Shown in pieces: positions 28,738 through 37,195 of a stretch of 64,000 bases of DNA. Every line of letters starts with the position of its first letter. Position 1 is the first letter of the stretch. This DNA is from Polyangiales bacterium (GTDB lineage Bacteria > Myxococcota_A > Polyangia > Polyangiales > JADJQN01). The position numbers and the translations under genes were made by a program. The stretch is taken from assembly GCA_964202905.1 (NCBI GenBank), contig CAXNJO010000009.1, positions 152,968-216,967 of the forward strand. Direction: 5' to 3'. The notes under the pieces are model-generated. The model was not told the DNA's origin and did not search any database. It worked only from the letters and a program-made list of their open reading frames with translations.

Positions 28738-29514
28738 ATGCCGCCCGAGTTCCGCACGATCCGCTACGGCGTCGACGCACACATCGCCACGATCGCGATG
28801 AACCGCCCCGAGCGGAAGAACGCGATCGGCCCGGAGATGGCCAACGAGCTCGTGTGGGCGCTCGACGAGGCACGCGACGACGCCGACGTGCGCGTCGTCG
28901 TGCTCACCGGCGAGGGCGGCGTCTTCAGTGCGGGCGGCGACCTCGGCGGGATGAGCGCGGCCGGCGAGCCGCTCGCGATGAGGGGCGACTTCGCGGACCT
29001 GCTCGTGCGGCTCAGCGAGCTCGGCAAGCCGACGATCGCGCGCGTGCCCGGCCCGGCGATGGGGGGCGGCTGTGGGCTCGTCGCGAGTTGCGCCTTCGCC
29101 GTGGCCTCAGAGAGCGCCGTCCTCGGGACGCCCGAGATCAAGCGCGGCTTGTTCCCCTTCATGATCCTCGCCCCGCTCTCGCGCGTCATGCGTCGCCGCG
29201 ACCTGCTCGAGCTGATGCTCCTCGGCGAGCGGATCTCCGCGCAGCGGGCGCTCGCGCTCGGGTTGCTGTCGCACGTGGTGCCCGACGCCCAGCTCGACGC
29301 GGCCGTCGCGGACCTCGCGCACCGACTCGCCGCGCAATCGCCGACCGCGATGCGGCTCGGCCTGCGCGCCTTCCAGACCCACGCGGAGGTGCCCCTCGCC
29401 GAGGCCGTGCCGAAGCTGCGCGACGAGCTCGCCGCGATCCTCGGGACGGCCGACGCTCAGGAGGGGCTGCGCGCGTTCCTCGAGAAGCGCGAGCCGCGCT
29501 GGACGGGCCGCTAG
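28738..29514 (+). CDS. Enoyl-CoA hydratase/isomerase (crotonase) family protein
   Basis: NRPERKNA; FSAGGDL; AMGGGC; PEIKRG; EGLRAFLEKR.P. Confidence 0.92.
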   Translation: MPPEFRTIRYGVDAHIATIAMNRPERKNAIGPEMANELVWALDEARDDADVRVVVLTGEGGVFSAGGDLGGMSAAGEPLAMRGDFADLLVRLSELGKPTIARVPGPAMGGGCGLVASCAFAVASESAVLGTPEIKRGLFPFMILAPLSRVMRRRDLLELMLLGERISAQRALALGLLSHVVPDAQLDAAVADLAHRLAAQSPTAMRLGLRAFQTHAEVPLAEAVPKLRDELAAILGTADAQEGLRAFLEKREPRWTGR

Positions 29515-29606
29515 GGCCGCCGTCGCCCGCGTCCACCGAGATCCGCGCCCGCCTGCGCAGAGGCGTCCGGCGCCCGCCCGCGGCGCCGCCTCCGACGTGA
29601 TCGGCG

Positions 29607-31577
29607 CTACCCGCGCGCGCGCGCCGTCGCACGACGCGTGCGTCGCCGAGCGAGCCCGACGAGCAGCAGCGCGAGCAGCGAGAGCGCGCCCCCGCGGTGC
29701 GCGCGGGGCGCGCCGACGCTGCAGCCGCCGTCGTCGTCCACGGTCGGCGCGGCTGCCGGCGCCCGACACGTGGCGTCGAGGCCGTCCGCGGTGCGCCGAC
29801 AGAGCAGGCCCGCAGGGCAGGCGACGCCACCGAGGCACGACTCCGTGCAGCGCCCCTCGAAGCACCCGCCGACGGCGCAGTCCGCGTTGGTCGCGCAGGC
29901 CTCGCCGTAGAACGACGCCGCGGGCGCGCAGAGGCGCGCGCCGGCGTCGACGCACGCGAAGCCTGCGGGACAATCGGTGTCGGCCGTGCAGAGCGCCGCA
30001 CACCAGCTCGTCGCGCCACGCGTCGCGCAGAAGCCGGTGCTCGCGCAGTCCTCGTTGCGCGTACAAGCACCGCCGACGGGAGACCGGTCGCCGCGCGCGC
30101 AGCGCTCGCCCACGCAGTGGAAGCCGGGGCCGCACGCCGCGTCGTCCCCGCTGCAGGCGCGCGTGCAGGACGGCTCGGCCGCGGTCGTCGCGCAGAGCGC
30201 GCTGCCGCACTCCGCGTCCGCCGTGCAGGGCTCGCCGAGGCCCCGCGCGCCACTCACGAGTCCCGCAGGGAAGCACGCTCCGCAGCCGCCCGGCGCTGCC
30301 GTGCAGACCTCGCCGATCGGGCAGCTCCCCGCGTCGCCCACGCAGGCGTCGAGACAGCGCGCGACGCCGTCACCCGGGTCGGCGCAGCTGAGGGAGGCGC
30401 AGTCGGTGGCCGCACGGCAGGCTGCGCCGTTCGCGAGCGCGCCGCGCACCGCGGGCTGGCAGAGCCCTTGACAGGCCGCGCCCACCACGCACGAGGCGCC
30501 TTCCCAGCGCGTGCTCCCGTCGTCGTAAGGGTGATCGATCGCTGCGCAAGAATCTGCGCCGGGCGCGCAGGGCCGCGTGCAGATGCGGCCCGCCGTCGTC
30601 TCGGCGCAGACCGAGGCGTTCGTCAGCGGGGCGAGATAGCCGGGGAGCTGCCCAAACGCGCACTCGGCGTCCTCGGCGCACGGCGCGCCGAGCGGCGTGC
30701 ACGTCTCGTCGATCTCGCCGTCGCAGTCGTTGTCGAGGCTGTCGCAGCGCTCCTCGCCGAGATCGACGCAGTCGCCGGCCTCGATGATCGCGCGGTCGAT
30801 GAGATCCATCTCGACGTCGACGCGGTTGTGCCCGTCCTGCGGGCTCGGGCAGGATCCGATCGCGCCGAACGAGGCGACGCCGATGACGCGGCGCTCCGGC
30901 GTCTCCTGAATCATCGGCCCGCCGGAGTCGCCGGGGCAGATGGTCTCCGCCGAATAGATGACCCGACCGCGAACGGCGCCGATCGTGCTCGTGGTCTTGT
31001 ACTTCACCCCCGACTCGCCCGCCGGCGTCTGCCCGAAGCCGATCGCGGTGTACGGCAGGCCGATCTGGTCGGTCGGCGCGTCGCGGCGAACCGGGATGGG
31101 CGTGACGCTCGTCTGCGGCGTCGCGAGCACGAGGACCGCGATGTCGACGCCGACGAGCGCGCCCCCGAGCCCCGTGGTCGGCGAGGTGGTGTAGACGCCG
31201 GGCGTCGTGTAGACGCGCGTGACACGCACGTCGCGCGTCGCGCCTGCGCGGCTGCCGAAGCCGATGGTGATCACCCCTGGCGAGTAGGGACGTGCGGCGT
31301 CGTCGGCCTGCACGCAATGCTTCGCAGTGAGAACGACGCGCGGCGTGATCAGCGTCCCCGTGCACCGCCCAACGCCGCCGTAAATGCTGACGAGCACGAC
31401 GGCGTCTTCACCCGTCTCACGCGTGCCGTTCACGATCGGGCTCGCGATACGTGCCCCGTCACCAACGTCCGCCGACGGCGCGGCGCAGGAGGCCGCGGCG
31501 AGGGACAGCGCCAGCAGGAGTGCGGGGCGAAGAGCGACGCGGGCGCCCGCAACGAAGCGAACGGGAAAGCAGTCCAT
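29607..31577 (-). CDS. S1 (trypsin-fold) serine protease with Cys-rich repeats and MYXO-CTERM sorting signal
   Basis: Lipobox AAASC; PIVNG; TAKHC, DIAVL, GDSGGP triad; C-terminal GGCSV..LLALLLVGLARRR. Confidence 0.92.
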   Translation of the reverse strand: MDCFPVRFVAGARVALRPALLLALSLAAASCAAPSADVGDGARIASPIVNGTRETGEDAVVLVSIYGGVGRCTGTLITPRVVLTAKHCVQADDAARPYSPGVITIGFGSRAGATRDVRVTRVYTTPGVYTTSPTTGLGGALVGVDIAVLVLATPQTSVTPIPVRRDAPTDQIGLPYTAIGFGQTPAGESGVKYKTTSTIGAVRGRVIYSAETICPGDSGGPMIQETPERRVIGVASFGAIGSCPSPQDGHNRVDVEMDLIDRAIIEAGDCVDLGEERCDSLDNDCDGEIDETCTPLGAPCAEDAECAFGQLPGYLAPLTNASVCAETTAGRICTRPCAPGADSCAAIDHPYDDGSTRWEGASCVVGAACQGLCQPAVRGALANGAACRAATDCASLSCADPGDGVARCLDACVGDAGSCPIGEVCTAAPGGCGACFPAGLVSGARGLGEPCTADAECGSALCATTAAEPSCTRACSGDDAACGPGFHCVGERCARGDRSPVGGACTRNEDCASTGFCATRGATSWCAALCTADTDCPAGFACVDAGARLCAPAASFYGEACATNADCAVGGCFEGRCTESCLGGVACPAGLLCRRTADGLDATCRAPAAAPTVDDDGGCSVGAPRAHRGGALSLLALLLVGLARRRTRRATARARG

Positions 31578-31663
31578 GGAGCGCGAGTATCGGGGCACGG
31601 CGCGCCCGCGTCCACTCCGGCCGATCCGTGTTGCGCGCGAGACGCCGCGCGCCGACCAGGCCC

Positions 31664-33430
31664 TCAGAGGGACGTGATCCGCAACTCCACGGCGTCCCCG
31701 CCGCGCCAGGTGTCCGGTCGGAGCGTCCCGACGAGGTCGAGCGTCCCGCGCGCCTCGCCGATCCGCGCACCGAGCTCGAAGCCGAAGGCCGTCAGCGGCG
31801 CCCCACCGCAGCGCAATGCCAACTTGAGATGGCGGGCAGCGACCACGGTCGCACGCTCGACGCGCACCCCCGGCAACGCGAAGCGCGGCTCTTCGTTGCC
31901 GGCACCGAGCGGCTCGAGACGCGCGAGCTCGCGGGCGGGCGGGAGCGTGAAGGTGCCCCCATCGAGGACGACGTCGATGGGGTTCTCGGTCCGCGTCGCG
32001 CCGTGCACCGCGGCGAGCCCGCGCACCGCGTCGTCGAAGCCGGCGCGCAGCGCCTCGATGCGCTCGGCGCGCACCGTGAGACCCGCCGCGGCCTGGTGCC
32101 CCCCGAACCGGACGAGCGAGGCCGCGCATGCGCTCACCGCATCGAACAAGCGGAAGCCCTCCGGCGCACGGCAGCTGCCATGACCGACGCCCTCGTCGAC
32201 GCCGACGACGACGACGGGCACGTCGAAGCGGTCGACGAGCCGCGCGGCTGTGATCCCCACGACGCCCCGGTGCCACCCCTCGGCCGCCACCACGATGCCA
32301 GCCGACGGGCGTTCCCCGTAGACCTCGAGCACCTGCGCGATGGCCGCCTCGGTGACAGCGCGCTCGACGTCTTTCCGGCGCTCGTTCAGGGCGTCGATCT
32401 CCGCAGCGAGCGCACGGGCGCGTGCCGGGTCGCGCGCGCGCAGCAGAGAAAGTGTGATGGTCGGGTCACCGAGCCGCCCCGCGGCATTGAGGCGCGGCGC
32501 GAGCCGGAAGGCGACGTCGATCGCCCCGAGCGAGACCCCGGGCCGCAGCCGCGCGACCTCCCGGAGCGCCTGCACGCCGGGACGCGCATCCGCGGACGCG
32601 AGCTGCGCGAGCCCCGCGCGAACGAGACGGCGGTTGTCCCCGTCGAGGGGCGCGACGTCGGCGATCGTGCCGAGCGCGACGAGGTCGAGCCAGGGGCGCA
32701 GGTCGAGGGTGCGGCCAAGCGCGCTCCGGACGGCGGCGCCGAGCGAGAGCGCGAGTCCCGCGCTCGTCAGGTGCTTGTAGGCGAAGCCGCACTCGGGGCG
32801 CTGCGGGTTCAGGAAGGCGAGCGCCGGCAGCGGCTCCGCAGGGACGAGGTGATGATCGACCACGATGACGTCGAGGCCATGCGCGCGCGCCGCCGCGATC
32901 CGCGGGTGGTCGCTCGAGCCGCAGTCGCACGTCACCAGCAGGCGCGCGCCGGTGTCACGAACGCGCGCGAGCGCCTCGTCGGAAAAGCCGTATCCCCCCG
33001 AAAATCGGCTCGCGACGAGCGCCACGACGTCGCCACCGAGTGCCTCGAGGACATCCGCGAGGAGCGCGGCGCTCGTCGTCCCGTCCACGTCGTAGTCGCC
33101 GAAGACGGCGATCCGCTCCCGCGCGCGCACCGCCCGAGCGAGCCGGTCGGCCGCCTCTGCGCGGTCGCGCATCGCATCGGGCGGCGTGAGCTCCGCGAGG
33201 CGCGGATCCAAGAAGGCACGCGCGCGCGCGTGTTGCTGGCCGTCGCGGTCGTCCGCGAAGCCCCGGTGCAACAGCACCTGCGCGATCGTGGCAGAGACCC
33301 CGATGGCGCGCCCCAACTCGCCGGCCGCCAGGGGATCCGCCGGACGAATCGGGTCTGCGGCCGGCACCTTCCGGCTGGGGCCGCCAGCACCCGCGGAAGG
33401 CCCCGCGTCGGATGACGGCACGTCGCTCAC
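31664..33430 (-). CDS. recJ: Single-stranded DNA exonuclease RecJ
   Basis: FGDYDVDG; TCDCG; VDHH; LGTIADV; PRLNAAGRL; GGHQAAAG. Confidence 0.95.
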   Translation of the reverse strand: MSDVPSSDAGPSAGAGGPSRKVPAADPIRPADPLAAGELGRAIGVSATIAQVLLHRGFADDRDGQQHARARAFLDPRLAELTPPDAMRDRAEAADRLARAVRARERIAVFGDYDVDGTTSAALLADVLEALGGDVVALVASRFSGGYGFSDEALARVRDTGARLLVTCDCGSSDHPRIAAARAHGLDVIVVDHHLVPAEPLPALAFLNPQRPECGFAYKHLTSAGLALSLGAAVRSALGRTLDLRPWLDLVALGTIADVAPLDGDNRRLVRAGLAQLASADARPGVQALREVARLRPGVSLGAIDVAFRLAPRLNAAGRLGDPTITLSLLRARDPARARALAAEIDALNERRKDVERAVTEAAIAQVLEVYGERPSAGIVVAAEGWHRGVVGITAARLVDRFDVPVVVVGVDEGVGHGSCRAPEGFRLFDAVSACAASLVRFGGHQAAAGLTVRAERIEALRAGFDDAVRGLAAVHGATRTENPIDVVLDGGTFTLPPARELARLEPLGAGNEEPRFALPGVRVERATVVAARHLKLALRCGGAPLTAFGFELGARIGEARGTLDLVGTLRPDTWRGGDAVELRITSL

Positions 33431-33446
33431 GGCGGTGCCGTCGTGC

Positions 33447-34637
33447 TCACGCCTTGCGCGGGGCGCCGACGCCGGACGCGCGACCGACAGGCTTGTCGGC
33501 CGGGGCGCGGAAGTAGTGGCGGTCGAGCCACTCGGTCATCGGGGCCGCGACGTAGATCGACGAGTACGTCCCGATGAAGATGCCGATGATCATGGTCAGC
33601 GCGAAGTCGCGGATGACCGGCGTGCCCCAGATGAGGAAGCCCGTCACGGAGATCACGGTGGTGAGCGAGGTCAGGACCGTGCGCGAGAGCGTCTGCGAGG
33701 TGCTGACGTTGATGATCTCGATCATCGATTTGCCGCGGAGCCGACCGAGATTCTCACGCACGCGGTCGTAGACGACGATGGTGTCGTTGACCGAGTAGCC
33801 GACGATGGTGAGCAGCGCCGCAACCGACGTCAGCGTGAACTCCCGGCGGAGCAGCACGAGCAGGCCGGCCGTGATCACGACGTCGTGGACCATCGCGAAG
33901 ACCGCGCCCGGCGCGAAGCGCAGGTCGAAGCGGAAGGCGATGTAGACCATGATGAGCGCCATCGCGAAGAGCAGCGACTTGATGCCCGAGTCGCGCAGCT
34001 GCGCGCCGGCCTTCGGGCCGACCCACTCGACGCGCAGCGGGGCCTCAGGAGCACGCTCGCCGAGCGTGTCGTGGAGACCGCGCACGATGTCGTCAGCGAG
34101 GCCGATGAGCGCGCACTCGTAGCGGTTGTCGTCTTGCGCGCCGAAGCGGACGCAGCCGTTTTCGCGGACGCGGACGCCCGCCTCGACGAGCACGGTGCGA
34201 ATCGCCTCGGGGCTCGCGCTGTCCGAGAGGCGCAGCGCGATCTTGTCGCCGCCGGGGGAGAACTTCGTCTCCTTGACCCCGGCCGCGCTGCCGTCGATGC
34301 CACGGCGCAGGCGCGCGCGGACGCGCTCCTTGTCGGCCCCGCTCAGTGCGGAGACCTCGCTCACGCGCACGATGTACTCGTTGGCGCGGCCCTCGACACT
34401 CACGACCTCGGTGCCCGGGTGCCCGAGCGTCGTCATCGTCTGACGCAACTCTGTGGCCGTCACCGAGCCCGTGAAGGCGAGCTGAATCTCGGTACCGCCC
34501 TTGAAGTCGAGGCCCCAGTTCGGTCCGGGAAAGAAATAAAGCCCGATGGCGGCCACGAACGAGACCAGCGACAGGGTCACGTTGAAGCGCCGGAGGCGCA
34601 TGAAGTCGAAGTACAGAGTTGGCTTGAAGAACTCCAT
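33447..34637 (-). CDS. secF: Protein translocase subunit SecF
   Basis: WGLDFKGG; VGPKAG; GYSVNDTIVVYDRVRE; GTYSSIYVA. Confidence 0.95.
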   Translation of the reverse strand: MEFFKPTLYFDFMRLRRFNVTLSLVSFVAAIGLYFFPGPNWGLDFKGGTEIQLAFTGSVTATELRQTMTTLGHPGTEVVSVEGRANEYIVRVSEVSALSGADKERVRARLRRGIDGSAAGVKETKFSPGGDKIALRLSDSASPEAIRTVLVEAGVRVRENGCVRFGAQDDNRYECALIGLADDIVRGLHDTLGERAPEAPLRVEWVGPKAGAQLRDSGIKSLLFAMALIMVYIAFRFDLRFAPGAVFAMVHDVVITAGLLVLLRREFTLTSVAALLTIVGYSVNDTIVVYDRVRENLGRLRGKSMIEIINVSTSQTLSRTVLTSLTTVISVTGFLIWGTPVIRDFALTMIIGIFIGTYSSIYVAAPMTEWLDRHYFRAPADKPVGRASGVGAPRKA

Positions 34638-34641
34638 CGTC

Positions 34642-36493
34642 TCACCCGATCCGGAGGTTCTGGACGCGGAGGCCGCGAACGAGCCAGTCGAAGGCAATGC
34701 GCGAGCAGAAGACGCCCGTGAAGATCGAGATGAGGACGCCGATCCCGAGGGTCACCGCGAAGCCCTTGATGGGCCCCGTGCCGTACTGGAAGAGCACGAT
34801 GGCCGAGAGCATCGTGGTGAACTGGCCGTCGAAGATGGCCTGGAACGCGCGGCTGAAGCCCTGCTCGACGGCCGAGCGCGGTGATTTGCCGGCGCGGAGC
34901 TCCTCGCGGATGCGCTCGTTGATGAGCACGTTCGCGTCGACCGACATGCCGACCGTGAGCGCGATGCCCGCCACGCCCGGGCAGCGTCAGCGTGCCCTCG
35001 AAGAAGGCGAGGGTCGCGAGCAGGAAGAGCACGTTCGCGGTGACCATCACGTCGGCGATGACGCCGCCGAGCTGGTAGTAGAGCGCCATGAAGATCGCGA
35101 CGAGGATGACGCTCGCGAGGCCGCCCCAGCCCGCCTGAGTGATCGCGTCACGCCCGAGCGTGGGGCCGATGAGCTGCTCGTTGCTCGGGCGGATGGGCGC
35201 AGGCAGCGCGCCCGCCTTGAGGACGACGACGAGGTCGCGCGCCTCGTTCATCACCGAGTTGTAGTCGCGCATCCCGCCGAGGGTGATCTGCGCGCGGCCG
35301 CCGCCGATGCGTGTCTGGATGACGGGCGCCGACTCGACGCGGTCGTCGAGGACGATGGCGAAGCGGCGCTTCACGTTTTGCCCGGTGAGACGCTCGAACA
35401 CATCCGCGCCGGCGTTGCCGGGCTTGAACTGAAGCGAGACGTAGGGCTTCTGCGTCTGCGGGTCATTCGCGACGAAGGCGTCGTCGATCATCTCGCCGCT
35501 CACGTCCGCGCGGCTGTAGAGAAAGTACGTTCGCCAGGCTTCGGTCGTCGCAGCGGCGCGGTTGCGGTTCTTGGCGGAGCGCGTGTCCTCGCGCTCGAGC
35601 TTGCCGACGGCGAGCGTGCGCCCCTCGGGGAAGCCGGGCGCGGCCTCGAGCGTCGCGACGTAGTCCGCGAGTTTCTCGCGCGCGCCGTCGCCCTCCGCCA
35701 CGAGGTATTGCACCACGACCGAGGGCCGCGACGCGCCAGCGGAGACCTGCTCGCTGCTGCGCGTGATGCCCTCGGGGAGGTCGCTGAGGCCGGAGACGTA
35801 CTCGGAATCGTCGTCGACGATCTTGAACTCGAGACGCGCCGTCTGACTGACGATCGCGCGGATGCGGTTGAACGCGGCCTCGTCCGCACCCGGGATCTCG
35901 ATGATGATGTCGTTGTCGCGCGAGGTGATGCTCGTCTCGCGGAGACCGAGCTCGTCGATGCGGTTGGAGACGGTCTGCTTCGCCTGTTCGACGGCGAGGT
36001 CGCGGATGTTCTCGAGACGATCCGCGCGGAGCTCGAGGGTCACGACGCTCCCATCGCGGCTGGTCTCGCGCACGTCGGCGAGGCGCTCGACGAGGGCCAC
36101 GTCGAGCTTGGCGGCGTCCGCGGCGGCGACGAAGGTGGCCGTGAGCGCGCGGTCGCCGGTGCTGCGGACGGTGACTTTCTGCCGGAGTTGGTCGCGCTGC
36201 TCACGCGTGATCGGGTCGTCCTCCGAGCAGACGCCGAGCGCGCGACAGAGCTCGTCGGAGAGCTGGTCGGCGCGGCGATCACGGATGTCGCGGATCGCCT
36301 CCTCGACCTCGACCTCGTACGCGAGGCGGAGACCGCCGCGGATGTCGAGTCCGGGCGCGATGCGCCCGGCGAAGGTCTTCTTCACCCAGCGGGGCGCCGG
36401 GACCCACGTGTCGAGGCTCGGCCACAGCGCGAGTGTCGCGACGACGAGGAGGGACGCGAAGAAACCGAACCGGATGTACCAACCCCTGTCCAT
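34642..36493 (-). CDS. secD: Protein translocase subunit SecD, with an apparent +1 indel at 34976-34978
   Basis: GLDIRGG; NRIDELG; AIVLD; AGALPAP; GPTLG; TLTLPG then, in the shifted frame, AGIALTVGMSVDANVLINERIREE. Confidence 0.93.
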
Positions 36494-36562
36494 GCTTGTC
36501 CTTGCGGGGAAAACGACCTCTGGAGGGAACGCGCGGTCGTGGAGTTCTGGTCGCGGGCGACG

Positions 36563-36988
36563 TCAGCCGTTCTTGGACTTGTCGGCCTTGTCGTCGGCTG
36601 CGGGCTTGTCCTTCGACGCCGGCGACGCCGCGGGGGCGTCGTGGCCGGCGATGTGCGTGCGGAGCACGTTGATCTTCACGCGGTCGGCCACGATGAGGTT
36701 CGCGTCGTGGTCGGTCAGTTCCGCGATCTCGCCGCGGATGCCGCCGGAGGTACGCACCTTGTCGCCGCGCTTGAGGCTCTTGAGCATCGTGTCGACTTCG
36801 CGCTGCCGCTTCTGCTGCGGACGGATCAGCAGGAAGTAGAACACCGCGAACATCACCGGCAGCAGGAACAGCTGGGACGAACCGCCCAAGCAGCCGCCGG
36901 GGCCCGCGGGCCCAGCGTCGCCTCCGCCGGTGGCGCCGGTGGCTTCGGGCTGGAACCAGGTGAGAAGCTCGACGATCGTCAGCAGCAC
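36563..36988 (-). CDS. yajC: Preprotein translocase subunit YajC
   Basis: AGAGGA SD; FYFLLIRPQQKR; LKRGDKVRTSGGI; directly upstream of secD. Confidence 0.93.
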   Translation of the reverse strand: MLLTIVELLTWFQPEATGATGGGDAGPAGPGGCLGGSSQLFLLPVMFAVFYFLLIRPQQKRQREVDTMLKSLKRGDKVRTSGGIRGEIAELTDHDANLIVADRVKINVLRTHIAGHDAPAASPASKDKPAADDKADKSKNG

Positions 36989-37195
36989 GGGGGGTCCTCT
37001 CGGAGCGGGGCACGCCTGCAGGAGCGCCGTCGACACGGCGCCCCCGACCGACTCTGCGACGCGCGGTGGCGCCCTCACGGGGCCAGGCACGGACGGAGAG
37101 CGCCCACGTGGGCGGCAGGGCGCGCGGTTCTACTCCGAAGGCCCTACCCCGTCAACCGCGGGAGCCGGCGTCGGCATTGCCTGCGGCTGCCCAGC

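Noticed and set aside
34642..36493. secD and rpoD as pseudogenes or programmed frameshifts
   Set aside because: Core genes that are otherwise intact, no slippery heptamer, and the same indel pattern occurs throughout the window
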